DNA of 64,000 nucleotides from Lama guanicoe (taxonomy: Eukaryota), in the NCBI GenBank assembly GCA_013239625.1, contig MU053416.1, positions 47,562 to 111,561 of the forward strand. Direction: 5' to 3'. Within the stretch, counting starts at the first letter, position 1. Every line of letters begins with the position of its first letter. Both the position numbers and the translations under genes were made by a program. The notes below the pieces were generated by a model that made no database searches, was not told where the DNA came from, and saw only the letters and a list, made by a program, of their open reading frames with translations. Below are positions 12,226 through 26,325 of the stretch, piece after piece.

Positions 12226-14319
12226 CCCAGAATAGACACAACTTGTCAATTCTGTAATGAAACCCAATGGATCAGGAACCAAAAGCGTGTTCTAGTCCAG
12301 AAAAAACTACGGGTCCCTATTTCTTCCTGTCATTATAAAATCCCACCAGAACTCATTACTTTGCTCTCTGCTCACCTGGCAACCAAACTCAGAGAAGAGT
12401 CAACTCAGCAGAGCGCCGTGCTGGGGAGAACCCCCCGCAGCAGCAGGTCGGGCTGCCTGCCCTCCCGCACGCTCTGCTGACCCCTAGTGTCCTCCGTGGA
12501 GAACAGGCCAACAGAGATGTTCCCAACAGCTGCAAAGACCTACACATTAAATAAAAGCATTTTATTTTATACGATATGTTACGTATATAACCATCTCTGA
12601 AAACAGCTTTGCCAGAAGCCCAAATCTTCAACATTAATCTGCAAAGGCAAATCCGGTCCCCAAGGGAAAGCAATACTTAAGACGATGTTAAGACCCCCAA
12701 AGTCCTCTCCATGGACCGTCAACCAAACTGCCTGCAGCTGCAGGCGGCTACATTTCTGTTTTTAAACAACCCCCTCCTGCCCTCTGGCGCTACAATGTCC
12801 CTCTGCGCCCTCCCATCTCAGGGTAAGAGCAGCCACTGCAGAACCTTGCAGGGCAGCACTGACAGGACTGGACAAAAGGATCAGAGCTAAACTAAGCCTT
12901 CTAATGACATGACCTTGTCACACTGTCACTTTACAGATGAAGATATATATAGAGAGAGGTAGGGTGATATTACTCACACAGTTAATAAGTTGCAAAGTCT
13001 ATCACTCTGATCCTCCCTCGGGCGGGACGCACCAGCTGGGGCGCCCACAGGGTTCTCTCGTACCTGCCTGACCAGTCCTTTCCTGTCACTCATGACCCAG
13101 CACAGGGTCTGACCCTAGCCTGCCTTTTCAGCATCTTTTCCCTCCAATTTCTCAGGAACAAGGCTGCTCAGGCCACTGTATGACTTCCGGCTCCCCGAAC
13201 CCTCCGTGCTCAGGCTGGTCTTGCCTATGAATCCGGCCCCCTGCTCAGAGGCTCTTCCTCTCCTGCAGGAGGACGTTTCCACTCTCCGCAGGGACACCCC
13301 TTCAGGGGAGCCCTCTTCTTGCCCTCAGCACGGCAGGTGTCCCAGGCCACATCCCGAGCTGCACCATTAGGACTGCGGGTGCCCAGGTCTGCTAGTCAGA
13401 CCAGCAGCCTCAGAGGCAGGGATTATGCCCGGGTCACTCTGCAAACCTACTGCCCTCCTGGCAGCCCCAAGCCAGCAGGTCACCTGGAAGTCACAGCAGG
13501 TGACCGACCTACCCAATCCAGAAGTCTCTTCACTTGCCAGCACCGCTGATGATTGGTTTCCAACCTTTGGTCAGTTTTGCACAAAACAACACCTTCCACT
13601 GTCAAGCGGGGGGTTTCTGCTTCTGCTCCCCATCCTTACTGGAAACGTCAAGGGAAACCAAAAGGCCTTTTCTCAACCCTTTTATGATGACACCTTCCCA
13701 CCCACAATACTCACATGCTTAATAGCTTGGGTCCACGTGATTTTGTTTCCCTTACACTTAGTGGCTGAAAACACTGTGGGATTCTTTCTCTTTTGAGGGT
13801 ATTTGTACTCAGTTTATCGGCTTCCATCTGTTTTTGTCTCTCTCTTCAGTATCCCTAGCAGTTGCCACTTCTTACTCCCTTCAGCATCCTCCCTCCCAAC
13901 ATCTAGTCTAGGAAATCAGCTGTGATGAGGGGCCCGGGGGCAGTCACAGAAGATGCAACTAAGACAAAGAGAGGCTACATAATTTGCACAAGAAGATCAG
14001 CTTCAACCCCCAACAGTGTGTGACACGTCCCTCTGTTTAACACTTATGCTAAGCAAGTTAACATTTTGTAGATTATGGTTATAAACAGACGAGGTATCAA
14101 AATACATACAAGACACACATCAACTCTAAGATGTTCATTAACTTCACTATTTTGTTTCTATTTATTTTATTTCTATTAAAAAAATTAAGAACCTCTGCAG
14201 TAAATATAGCAAAATGTTACTGGGTTTTAATCCAGATTACAGAGGTGTTAAGTGTGTCATTACTCATACTTATTTGTATGTTCACAAGACAAAATTATTT
14301 CAAAGTCTCTCTCCCCACC

Positions 14320-14760
14320 CCCTACTCACTACTGGCTCTCACCTGAGCTCCAAGACCACACATCGAACAGCCTTTCACTTTACCCACAGCTGAACTCATC
14401 AGTTTTCCCCCAGAACTCCCTCTGCATCTTTCCCTCCTCAGAGCACAACAGGACCATCATTTACCTCATTAATCCACCCAGGAACCTGGGCCTTACTCCA
14501 TCCTACCTTCACAGACAGCATTCATCCTTTCCTTTTTACCATCTAAACATGCCTTCAGTCTGTTCACTTTTACACACTGACCGTCCCACCGCTCAAGTGG
14601 AAGCCACCAACACTGCCCATCTGTACTCACGAGTCTCCCAAGTGGCCCCACAGCTGCTCTCCCCTACTTGAGACAAATGGGATTGTGTCACTCCTGAGCT
14701 TTTAGGACTCTTTTCATACCCACTGTTCTTAGAAGAAATTCCAAGTTCTTCACCTGGTGA
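14320..14760 (-). mobile_element. Degraded L2 fragment
   Basis: ctctcacctgagctccaagaccacacatcgaacagcc and downstream pyrimidine-rich L2-like motifs. Confidence 0.5.
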
Positions 14761-15459
14761 AGGTCTTTGCCATGAAACTGTCAGCTCAGGGAGGGCAGGA
14801 CCCTCCCTCTCCCCTCGGCCCCGCCCTCTGGCACAATGGCAGCTTGGGAGGACCTGCTGAGCTACAACAGCGTTTATTCTAACCCTGGTCTTGAGTTCTT
14901 AGCAAACTGCTTCACTTATCCATACAAATTCAAGTTAGATCAGAAAGATTTTAGATGTTGAGCTAGAGTGTTGATTTGGGGATTTTGCACTAGCAACCTG
15001 CAAGTACATGTTCTAATGATTCTGTCTTCTAAAAACCACACCCAGATTTAAGTAGTATTTGTGAAATGTCTTCGGAGTTAAAGGGACTGTACTTTTACAA
15101 AATTTATGTTTTATAACATGAACAACCTGGACAGGGTCACAAATGGAACTGCCTCACAAGTGACAGAAGACAGGTGAGAGGCATATAGCAACAGGTCACA
15201 AAGATGGTAAGAGCAATGTTGTTTCTCCAAACCCCCCAAAATTCCTGAAAGAACAGAAAACTCTTAATTTTTTAAGTAAAAGACTATCATATAAAGAAGT
15301 AAAATAAATAATCCTCTTCATCAGGGTTTCAAGATCTGACTCCAGAGTTTTTAGCATGCCATACTGAATCCTAGCACAGAAAAATCAGATGGACTAGTGG
15401 TGCGTAAGTTCCAAGAAAACTGCCGTAATTCCTCCACTTGTAAAAGGACATACACTCAC

Positions 15460-15583
15460 CTGTCGAAGGTGAATGTAGACCACATTCTGGAGAAATTGGG
15501 AAGCTTCCAGGCTCCGCTTCTGGATGGCAAGGACACGAAAAGCTTCGAAGCATGCTTCTAACTGAGTTACCGGCATTCTTACA
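15460..15583 (-). pseudogene. TRAPPC9: TRAPPC9 exon 7 remnant (124 nt, 2-nt frameshift)
   Basis: tttttcctctgcag|CKNAG, frameshift, then [35 protein letters not shown]|gtgagt versus [42 protein letters not shown]. Confidence 0.93.
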
Positions 15584-16745
15584 CTGCAGAGGAAAAAGGA
15601 GGCCCTCAGTCAAGAGCAGAGATGTTCCTGTCGTGTCTCACAGGCCGTGCCTCGGGGACTCAGTGCCCTGCAGCAGCCCGGCCCCAGGCGAGGAGCCCCA
15701 GCATGGTCCACAAGCAGGAGGGGCACTGTGCTTGGGAAAACCCACCCCTGATGGGGGCAAGAGGGGCTGGTGGGGTTGAGTCTACCTATAAATTCTCACA
15801 GAAATACACCTGCATACATTCAAGTGATACAATTAACAGTAGCAGGCTATTTAACAAAATTTCAATTGTCAGTGGAAATTTTACCATTCCTTTCCGCTTG
15901 TCCCTTGCACTCTGAGACAGGCTTAGGCTCTCTCACAACTGCAGCTCTGATGAAACAGTTGTGAAGTTATTTTACTTTGCTGCAAGTGTCCTCACTCCCC
16001 GTGTCGCTGTGACTATCCTCTCTTAACACAGTCAGATGTCTTCCTGGATCTCTTCCTGAGTTCCTTGCTCCTGCTTCTCAGATCCTAAGATAAAGGACAA
16101 GTGAAGACACATGACCAGAAAAGGCACTGTGGACTTGACCAAAGTCCTCAGTGACCCCCTAGGTGAGTGCTGCCCACCCCTTACCTTTGATTCTCAAGGT
16201 TCTGCCCAGGGTGACATCCAGACCGGAGAGCGTCCTGGGCCAATTAAAAACTGTGTTGCTTGGGTGCGGGGACAGATGCAGGAGCTGGTTCTGGAGCCGT
16301 TCCCCTCCCCACCTCTGCTACTCTCTCTCTTGAGGCCCCGCTGCCAAGCCCCCACGCTCCCTGATCTTCTCTCCTTCTCTTCTACTCTACCCCAAGCTGT
16401 TTTCCTCTTCCTTTATTCCCTAATTATCCCCAGCTGGAGTGATTTTTCAATCACAGTATCTGAAAAAATTTCCTGCAGCTGAAAAAGAGGTCTCTAGAGG
16501 TAAATGCCCTTATGCTGGTTCCTGAAGAGAGCCCCTGGTTAGGGGGACCCTCACCAACACTTATGGGGCATCACACATGTTACAGGGTCGACCACCCCCA
16601 ACAAGAGTTTGCTGTGACCCCAAGGCCCGCACAGCATCCCTGCTCACAAAAATGTAGTTGGTCCACTTATCCGTTATTAAGAAGAAAAAAAAAATTGCTC
16701 ATGTTTCTTACTAAAATTATTTATGAAGTGGGTGGAAAAAGAAAT

Positions 16746-17285
16746 TGTAATAGAAAAGAACAAATTTGACTCCATTTTAGATCTGTTTCTTTGGCTTTTA
16801 ACCTGTGTCCTGTTTTCTAGGCTCAGACTTGTTATGTCTGCACCTTTTGTAAAAGAAAGTTGCCTTTAGCCTGAAATATCCAGGAGAGCCTATTCTCAGG
16901 GCTCTGATCTTTAAGGATGTTAACTCTTCTGCACTTATGTAGAGTTGGCAAGTTTCAAAATAGAGAATAACCTTTGTGTTTTTTTGGAGGTTTTACAGGG
17001 GCACCATGATTTGACCCACATGGACAGCTGCAAGAACAGAGGATTCCAAGGACAAACAATTCCTACATCAAGAAGTTTGCAACAACCAATCACACCCCCG
17101 GCCCTTTTTAGTATAAAAGGAGACTGAATTCTGTCTTGGGGAAGAGGGTTCACCAGGATATCAGTGTACCATCTTCTGGGTCTGCCAGCTTTGCAAATAA
17201 AGTCACTATTCCTTGCTCCAACACCTCATCTCCCGATTTATTGGCCTGTCATGCGGCGAGCAGAACGAGTTTGGACTCGGTAACA
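16746..17285 (+). mobile_element. MER41-like ERV1 solo LTR, perfect TSD AAAT
   Basis: tgtaatagaaaagaacaaatttgactccattt ... tataaaagg ... aataaa ... ttattggcctgtcatgcggcgagcagaacgagtttggactcggtaaca; AAAT at 16742-16745 and 17286-17289. Confidence 0.85.
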
Positions 17286-18665
17286 AAATGAGTGCATTGG
17301 AGGTAGTATTTATCCACTGTTTCCTCGTTTCCAATATGTCACAACCTATCAATTTTATGTGCTGTTTAACAACACAACCAAAAAACCTATTAGATGGAAT
17401 TGATTCCACGGAAATAAACATATTTCTACTCCTTCAAAACTATTTTTTCTTTTCTAATTTATTTTGTTTTGCTTATTGAAAAGAAAATAAATGTCAAATC
17501 ATTTTATTTCACATATTTTTGTTATAGCTACATATTTTAAATACTACAAAGAGATTTAAATTGCTATAAAAAACGTTTATATATTAGTATAAAGATATAT
17601 AAACAATCAATGTGGATTAGGATAGGAATGGATATTTACTAAAAATCCACTGCACATCCAGGCTTTTACAAGCATATCCTGGAATATAAGCTCTATGATT
17701 CAAGGGTCCCCCACCCCCATTCTCACTTCCGAGTCCCTTAGTAATCAACTACCAATGCACCAGCATAGAACCAAGCAATCAGTATTTTAGGTATAGATGA
17801 GGGAATTAGCTCATTCAATTCTAAAATAAATACTGAACTTATATACAGATAAAGAAAATTGGACACAAAAAATACAGTTCCTTCCCGAAGGTCACAAAGA
17901 TAATAACTGGTAAAGGCAAGATTTGAACTCATCTGCCTGATTCTAAAAACTAAAGTGGAAATCCCATTCAATTGGGGAGGGTCCAGCAGCAGAGCCTATC
18001 ACCCTATCTTTGTTCAGATCTAGCCTTAGACAGCCTGAGACAGCACCCCATTCCTATGGAACTCGAGGGCAAATGATAACAATAAGGATTTTATATCCAG
18101 TAGTTTCTTAGATCTCATTTATATAAAGTGTCAGCAGGTCAGCAGAAAAACTCTGGGAAATATGAGTGGGTCCAGAGCTTTTTGCTGATTAGTAACTCAG
18201 TCTATCAGGACAGAATGACCTTCCCATGGGAGGCCACATGGACATAAACTAAAGGCAGCTGAGCAATGAAAACTAGCAAGGCCCTGGAACTCAAGCAAGA
18301 AGGATCCCTGCCGTCCCCCGCCCAGTTGCCTCTTCATCTGCGTGGACACGACGGCAGGAGACCCAGGTTCTTGTCCAAGATACAGTATCATGGATTCTCA
18401 CTCATAAAAAGTTACGACTCTCTGCTGTCTTAAGTCCTTTCCAACTCAAATATGATGACATCAACATCTCAGCAGAATGTCTATGTCGCCACTTCATCTC
18501 TTCCATTAGGAGAATATTTCAATGGCCACAAAGCAGAAATTCAATTAAAAACACCATGCACGAAGCCAGGTGAAAGTCTGCGTAAGAGACTTTGCTCTCA
18601 CGCTCAGTGAATTAAAACTCAGAAAAAGTGGTCCTTCACCCTCAGCAACTGAGAGGTAGCCTGAT

Positions 18666-18702
18666 TGTGTGTGTGTGTGTGTGCGCGCACGCGTGTGTGT
18701 GT
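18666..18702. repeat. (TG)n/(CG)n alternating purine-pyrimidine microsatellite
   Basis: tgtgtgtgtgtgtgtgtgcgcgcacgcgtgtgtgtgt. Confidence 0.95.
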
Positions 18703-18842
18703 AAATCAAATACAATCAAATCTGGGATGTGTACAGATTTTTTTTGTTACTGTCATTTCATGAGGATGAGCCAACCTTTAAAGTAATTTGAATATAGTGT
18801 TCTGAGAGAGTCTCAGGTTCTTTTGGTGAAGGAGGGGAAAGG

Positions 18843-18992
18843 NNNNNNNNNNNNNNNNNNNNNNNNNNNNNNNNNNNNNNNNNNNNNNNNNNNNNNNNNN
18901 NNNNNNNNNNNNNNNNNNNNNNNNNNNNNNNNNNNNNNNNNNNNNNNNNNNNNNNNNNNNNNNNNNNNNNNNNNNNNNNNNNNNNNNNNNNN
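18843..18992. other. Assembly gap (N)
   Basis: Run of N. Confidence 1.
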
Positions 18993-19699
18993 AAGAAGAG
19001 GTCCCATTTCTCACTGAGCTTGTGACTGTATGTGGCATTTTATAGACACAAATCTTTTACCCTGATCAAACACTCTAGCAGCAGGCCGTAATTCTCCTAT
19101 TTTGAAAGACAAGAAAACAGGAGTTCAAAGAGGGTATATAACTTGACAAAAGTCAGAGGACCAGTAAAGAAGAAAGGATGAATTCAAACTCAGATCTGAA
19201 TGCAGAGTCTGATCTCCCCATTCCCAGGACTGGAAAATTCTTAACACACAGGCTCCCCAGCTTCCCTGCAGCGTTCCTGGCACCAAGCATTTCCCATGGT
19301 GATGGTCTCCAGTTCTCACAGACTCAGCGCTCTGTGCAGCCAATGACCTCCATCGGACCTTGATCCTCTACCTGCCACGCCCACCAGGCTTCACCATAAA
19401 GGCACGAAAGCTAGCTTTGAAGTGCATACAAAGCCACGCCTGTTCTAACCTGGGCTCTTCTGCAGCTTCTCCAGCCTATAGGCAGCCATGAAACTGCTCA
19501 CAGTTTGTACAAGAGCCACACTACCTCTCTCCATCTGTCTGCCCACCTGTACTACTTAGCTATGACCATCTTGATAATCTTGGAAACAAATTTTTAAAAA
19601 CAGAAAAGAAAGGATTCTGGAACAAGTATTTAATACTTACAATTTTAAATGACAAGTTACAAAGTGAGTATTTACAAACCGAATCTGCCTTCCTAGGTG

Positions 19700-21060
19700 T
19701 CAGTTTGAACAGTTAAAAAATAAAATAGCAAAAAATTCTCACTTACAAAATTAACTAAAACATCAACAATAATCTGGAATAAACTCAAAAATAATGCCCA
19801 TGTTCTACATGGAGAAAACTACAGGACTGTACTAAGGGGTAAAATAAGAGGTGTGAATGTAGAGACATCAACATATTGCATGCAGGAAATTAGTTTTGTA
19901 AAGATGTAAGTTCTCCTAAAAATAATTCAAAACTTAGTAAAAAATTCCATGAAAACTCTTATCTGATTTTTTTAACTTAAGCAAAATATTTTTGAATTCT
20001 TCAGGAATATTAAAGTCATAATACTAGCCAAGAAACTTCAGGATGGAAGAAAAGAAAAACAAATCACACTGTCAGATATTAATTAAAATTTTTATGATAT
20101 GTAAGATATAGTGCTGGAGTAAGAAAGTAAGATTGACAGAAATAAACCATGAGCTCAAAAAGAGACTCTAGTGTACATAAGTATTTTGTACAGGTAGGAT
20201 TTCAAATCAAAGAGCAAAGTATGAATTCAATAATTGTCCTGGGACAATCAGAGAATCACCTGGAAAGAACAAATTCTATTCCTGTCATAATGACCACAAG
20301 AAAAATTACAGATAGTGATGTAAATATTAAAAAGTAGTAATAACAGCAGATACAACTCTTTGCTCTTATTAATTCACTTCCCCTCACTATAACAAGTACT
20401 ATTATCCTCTCCATTTTAGAGATAAAAAAACCTACAGAACAGATTTATACCATTATAAGAAAGTATTTCTAAGAATAATACCAAAGATAGAACCCAAAAT
20501 GAAGCCATTTACTATCTTAAGAATATTTTGGGCCACAACAAAAATAAACCTACTGAACAAAATGAAAGGCAGGAAATGACAAGAAAAAGCTCTGTGATAC
20601 ATATTGATGAAGACAAGGGGTTAATGTTCATAACATACAAAGAGCTGTCACAAAGCAACCAGAAGCTCCCTCACTTAAATGTGTGCAAAGAACAAAAGGG
20701 ATCATTCACTTTTAAAAAGTCAGATGGCTAATGAGCGAAAAATGCTCGATACCTCACTGGTCATCAAATGCAAACTAAAACAATGAAAAAGCACTTTTGC
20801 TCATCATACTGGCAAATATTTTTAAAAGATAACCTAGCTAGTGTCCATCTATGGGAGAACAAACTGTGAGCGACCTTTTTGGAGGACGACATGTCAATGG
20901 ATATGTAAACTCTGAAAAACGTGTGTACACACTGACTCAAATCCACTTCTAGGAATCGTTTCATTTAGAAAAAAAAATCAGTTCAAAAAGATGTACTCTT
21001 CAGGGCATTTACACAGCACTGTTTACATGGTGGGAAGAAAAGCTGAAGTGAAATCATATC
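19700..21060 (+). mobile_element. Highly degraded ancient L1 (L1ME-like) fragments
   Basis: A-rich tract with residual L1 ORF2/3'UTR motifs (gttaatgttcataacatacaaagagct, cagatggctaatgagcgaaaaatgctc, aatccacttctaggaat). Confidence 0.6.
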
Positions 21061-21600
21061 CAGTGATAAAGAATTGGTTACATAAGTTACTCTACATCTT
21101 TTCATTCCCCACTGGAGAAGGAAATTCTAGAGTCACTTGAAATGAGTCTGTGATGAATGTAAATGTCACATCCAGGGACTAAATTTCCAGAAGCCTTAAG
21201 TAAAGGAATACTCATACAAGAACACAGGAATTTCTGTACAAGAAGGATGCCAGTCAAACATCCTTTCTTACAGTGGAAAATGGAGAAAACTTAAGTGTCC
21301 ACCATCAAGAGAATGATGCAGTAAATCACGGCGAGCTGTGGGCTCTGAGGGGGGCGGCGTTTCGGGATGGTCCAGGGCCTTGTCCACAGCACTCTCCCAC
21401 CAAAGGTGTCCTTGCACAAGAGACAATACCTGCACCACAGGAGACCCCTCCACTCTATCTGAAAGGACCTGGTGAGTCTGGAGTGGGAGGACGTCTATTA
21501 TATACCCCTGAGTGAATAAAGCAAGCTTCAGAAAACATACAGTATGGCCTTATTTTTAATTAAAGCCTATATACACATACATATACATAGATTTCTCAGA

Positions 21601-21612
21601 TACGTGTATGTA

Positions 21613-21651
<39 letters not shown>
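21601..21651. repeat. (TA)n/(TG)n microsatellite
   Basis: About 14 TA units preceded by tatg/tg units. Confidence 0.95.
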
Positions 21652-21652
<1 letters not shown>

Positions 21653-22272
21653 ATAGGCATAAAGGTCATGAAATATATACACCACATTGTCAACACTTTT
21701 TACTCTCAGGAAATAAGGGGAAGGGATGTAGAGGCCTTTCGGTACCACCACAGTTCTCTTTTCAGTATTTCAGTTAAGTATACTTGGAATTTAAAAGTTT
21801 ATTTAAGTCCAAAGTAAAATGGACGATGCCTCCACAAGACAGAGTGCTATACTGATCATTAAAAATCATGCCAGGGGAGATAGAATATTGTAGAAAAACA
21901 TGTAATAAGCCGAATGGAAAATGGAGGCCTCCACACAGTAAACAGGCAGAGTGCTCGGTGGTTTTTATGACAGGTGATACACATTGAAGAAAAGAAGAGA
22001 AAATAGATGTTAAAGTGTTAATTATTATCTCTGAGTAGTGGGACCAGGATAGCCTCTTTTGCCCCTTTTTCAGACTTATTATATTTAATACACATTGTTT
22101 TCCATCTGAAAAAAAGCATCTTTAGATGTGTAGTACCACAGATTGGAGAATAATACACGAGTACTTACAGAAACAAATAACTAGGAGACACCGTAGCAGC
22201 GTCACACAATGTAGAACGGGCGATCCTGAATAACGCCTCGCAGTTACATAAGGGCCCGCAAAGTGAGAGCAC

Positions 22273-22393
22273 CTGCTGTAACAGGGCGTGGCCCCCTTCT
22301 ATTTGTCAGTTGTGTCTTCAGGGCTGAGGCTGTTCTGAGCACGGCCAGTGTCAGTGCTGGTGTCTGGATGGATGCCACTGGAGGTGAGGACAC
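22273..22393 (-). pseudogene. TRAPPC9: TRAPPC9 exon 6 remnant (121 nt, premature stop)
   Basis: ttcctctcagcttgcag|(G)VLTSSGIHPDTSTDTGRAQNSLSPEDTTDK*KGATPCYS|gtgctc versus [41 protein letters not shown]. TAG at 22301-22299. Confidence 0.92.
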
Positions 22394-24789
22394 CTGCAAG
22401 CTGAGAGGAAGAACAGAAATCATTCTCTGCTTTTTCTGTCTTGTTTCTTTGTTATTTTAAAAGAGAGGCATAAATAAGATAAACTGTGAATCTTCCCTAC
22501 TGAAATTTCAATAATGAAACCATTTTTAAAGTCTTCACAGCTTATATTCTGCCTATAACTGTCTTTTCAACAAAGCATCATATTTATTAAATGTTAATTA
22601 ACTCAGTTAATTAACTCCCTGTTGAAACCTTCTATTAAAGAACATGAAATGCACTACGTAAAAGCACCACACCTGCAGTGACTAGCTCAGCTGTGTTGAC
22701 GGCAGTGCAGTCAGCCCCCACCATCCCGTGTCCCTGAGCTCCTGATGCTGCTAAGAGAGCACGCTGCCGCCTCAGATGGAAACTGTGAAAGCATTTTCTG
22801 AAATCTACAGAACTGACAAAACATAACTGACAAGTCCCAGGCACCTTTGAGGCTGTCATTTTCTGTTTCTGGCTAACCCCCGTAAATAAGCAGAACCACC
22901 CCATTCCCGAGCCATGGGACTCACGTGGGGAGCAGTTTTGGAGAAATTTCCAGGTATAGAATGTAACCAACTATACATAAAACTCTGACAAAATAAAAGA
23001 TGAAATACTCTGATTTTGGAAGACACTCAAAATATTCTCCTAAGCCTTACTAGCTGGAAAGGCTGGGCTTCTCCTAAGCCACTTATTTATTTCACAGCCA
23101 GTGAGCATCTACCACAAACCCTGTTTCCCTGTGCTTGCTGGGAGCCTCAGGCACACTCTTGCTGTTTATCTAATAAGTCACAGGGCAGAGGCGTGTTTCT
23201 CACGTCTGCAACCCTCACACAGGGTCTCCTCGTAGCCTCACTGTATGAACTTGGCTCCATTTTCTCACCTGTTTATTTGGTATTTGTTCTTCTATAAGCT
23301 GCCTGAAATGCTTCTTGGAACAAGTCAGAAGAATGAGTGGGTAGATAAATGGACAGATGGACAGGTGACGGATGGGCAGACAGAGAGACTCCAAGAAAAG
23401 GAGAACAAAGAAAATTTCCTATGCAAAACCCTCTTCTAGTCAGGGAAGGAAATCACCAGAGAAAAGTGTGAAGAGGCAGGTAGCTTAGGACTGGTTCCTG
23501 GATTCCATGAAAAGTCATACCAAGAAATGAGAGGGTAGAACTGTAAATAATAAAAGAAAAAAAGCACACATGCTTGAAAAACATATCTACAATATGTACT
23601 TTCTAAAGAATAGATTCAAATCAGAAGGGCCCAATAATACAATCCTTGGGTATTTACAGAAGTGAGAACCCCACCTCCAAACCACAAGGCATCCCTTTGG
23701 AGCACTGAGAGTCTACACGGGGTGGTCATAAAGCCGTCACCGCAAAAGCTATGCTATCCTGCACTTACAAGGAACGAGCAGCTATGCTCGGGCTGCCCAC
23801 GTACATCATTTACACACCACAGCACCTCTACGGGGGAGGGACGCCTAGCGAGCCCCGTCTCTGCAGGACAGAAAACAAGTCCGAGAGAGGCTAAGCCGAC
23901 CTACCAGTTCTCCATCTCACAGGACTGGTTATTCCAGAGCAGGATTCGAACTCGGACCCACGTTTGTAACCACGGTATTATCGTGCTATGTGTGCTTTTT
24001 GTGTATATAATACATTTGTTTCTGGCATGAAAGGATATTTAATAAATTATTGGTTGTCTTGTCTATCTCATTAACTCACAATCAATCTTTATACTGTTGA
24101 ATTGTACTCTTTTCCCCTGGAGAAAGGAACGGAAAGAGAGGGGGTCAGAATGAGGTTGGGCTCCATTTTTTATCTGGTACCTCATCTCATCCAAGTCCCC
24201 AACCAGGGAGAAGGAGCAAATATACTCTTCATCTTTTAAAGAGAGGGCTCCACTGATGGTGACTAATTCAACTCCAAAACCAAGGCTTAGGGAAGGGCAC
24301 ATGCAGCAACCAGAGCAGTATCACCTGTAGGAAGGCGAAAAGAGCTCACGGGAGGGCTCACGGGGTCAGCCTGATTTAATTTGAATCGATAAAAGAATAC
24401 CACACTCTAAAATTACTAGCATGCAGTGGATTTGCTCTTTCTTGACATCTAGCAAGTTTCCACAGCCCACATGTAACATTATCGTGAACCAGTGAAAGGA
24501 AGAGTCTACAGACAGGAAATATCAATGCCACAGGCAGGCTGAAACCCAGGCTGGAGTTTAGGAAGAGAAAGGGCATAGTTAAGAATTGGGGAAAGGCTAG
24601 GAAAAATAATCATCACAAGGACTCTCAAGCATCATCCAACAATCATATAATCATTCATTCAAGAGAGAGTTACTGAGGTCCTATTTTGTGCAAGACTGTA
24701 AAGAGGGTGATCGACCATGGTGGCACGAAGTGGCGGGGCTCAAATACACTTCTGATCCCGGTAACTGGCACACATGTCCTCAGTATAAA

Positions 24790-25110
24790 GGCAAAGAAAA
24801 AAAGTAAAATAATACTCTGTAAACTCAAAGCATTGTTGAAAAAAATTAAAGAAGACCTAAATACCTGGACAGACATACCAAACACATTCTTGGGTCAGAA
24901 GACAGCGCTGTTGGAATGGAAGTGCTCCCCAGAGCGATCCGTATATTCAACGTGGCCTCGATCATAATCTCAGCGGGCTCCTCTGCAGAAACTGACTAGC
25001 TGCTGCTACAATTCATATGGGAATTCGAGGGTCTCAGTAACCAAAACGTACTTGAAAAAGAACAACGTGAGAGGACTTGTAATTCTCAATTTCAAACCTT
25101 ACAACTGTAT
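24790..25110 (+). mobile_element. L1 ORF2 fragment
   Basis: aaagcattgttgaaaaaaattaaagaagacctaaatacctggacagacatacc...ttgaaaaagaacaac. Confidence 0.7.
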
Positions 25111-26256
25111 CTCCAGGTGAGATTAGAGGCCATTTTTAAGTTATTACTGTGTTTATCCTTATTTTCTAAATTCTCTACAATGAATATAACTGTTACAATA
25201 AGAAAAATAAAAAGTAATGTATCTTTTAAAACATGCACACCGATTCATTCATTGGGAAAAAATATTTTAACTATAAAAAGTTAAAAAATATCTAGTGAAA
25301 AAGGACCACTTAAAAACAAGAGTGCATTTACATTTTTCATAAATTGAAAACTGAAAAGCACAAACATATCAAGTTTCTAAGGAGACCGATGCAACATATT
25401 TATAGTTTAATAGTTATTTTCAAAAATTCTAATTTAATGATGAAAACTCAAAAAAGAGAAAATCGTGACTGACAGCCAACTGCAAACACATGGAGAGCAA
25501 AGGCCTTGAAATCACAGGTCCTTTAACTCTGCTACTAACTCAATAGGAGAGGAAATTCCTCACTGAGGGGACAGTGGAATCCCATGCATAAGACAGGATA
25601 CACAGTACAAACTGCACTAGACACGGGGGTGATTTTCTTAGAAGAATTCTAAAGTTACAACATTGCTGAAAAACTATAAAAACACTGACAGACAGATTAA
25701 AACACACAGTCATATGTATTATATAGAAACATATGAAGTCTGCTCCCATGTTGCATAGAAATACAAACATATTTGTTCATTTATGGGCACTGGTTACTTT
25801 ATCCCAGGTAGAATATTTTAACTAAAACAAATAATCAATAATACACTCCTCTTGTCAAATCTAGTTGATACGTTACTCTGCTATGTAACCATAATGTGTT
25901 TAAGATAGATCTAAAATATTGAAAAAATCTTTGTATGGTTTCTTGAACTCTTCTCAAAATTCCAAGCTTCATTTTAAAATAGATCTGAGCAGTATTTCTA
26001 TATTATCTTTCCCTCGTGAAATTAACAACACAGTCTGTTGTCAAAATTCTGTCCTTAGAATGATTCACAAGCACCGTATCCTAACAAAACTGCTCTAAAA
26101 CAAGGCTCTATCCAGACACTGTGACCAAACAAATGAAACAAAAGGAAGACAGTGACCCTATTCTGGAGGGCTTATAATCTGTGTCAACACCGGGGTTTTT
26201 ATTTGATTGTTTTGATTGGTTAGCAAAATAAAATCAATCAAGTACTTTCTTCTTTG

Positions 26257-26325
26257 NNNNNNNNNNNNNNNNNNNNNNNNNNNNNNNNNNNNNNNNNNNN
26301 NNNNNNNNNNNNNNNNNNNNNNNNN
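26257..26325. other. Assembly gap (N)
   Basis: Run of N. Confidence 1.

Noticed and set aside
1..15459. TRAPPC9 exon 8 (LSEEEKIQRYSILSELY...)
   Set aside because: No match seen by eye. It may lie beyond the window, or the duplication may end earlier.
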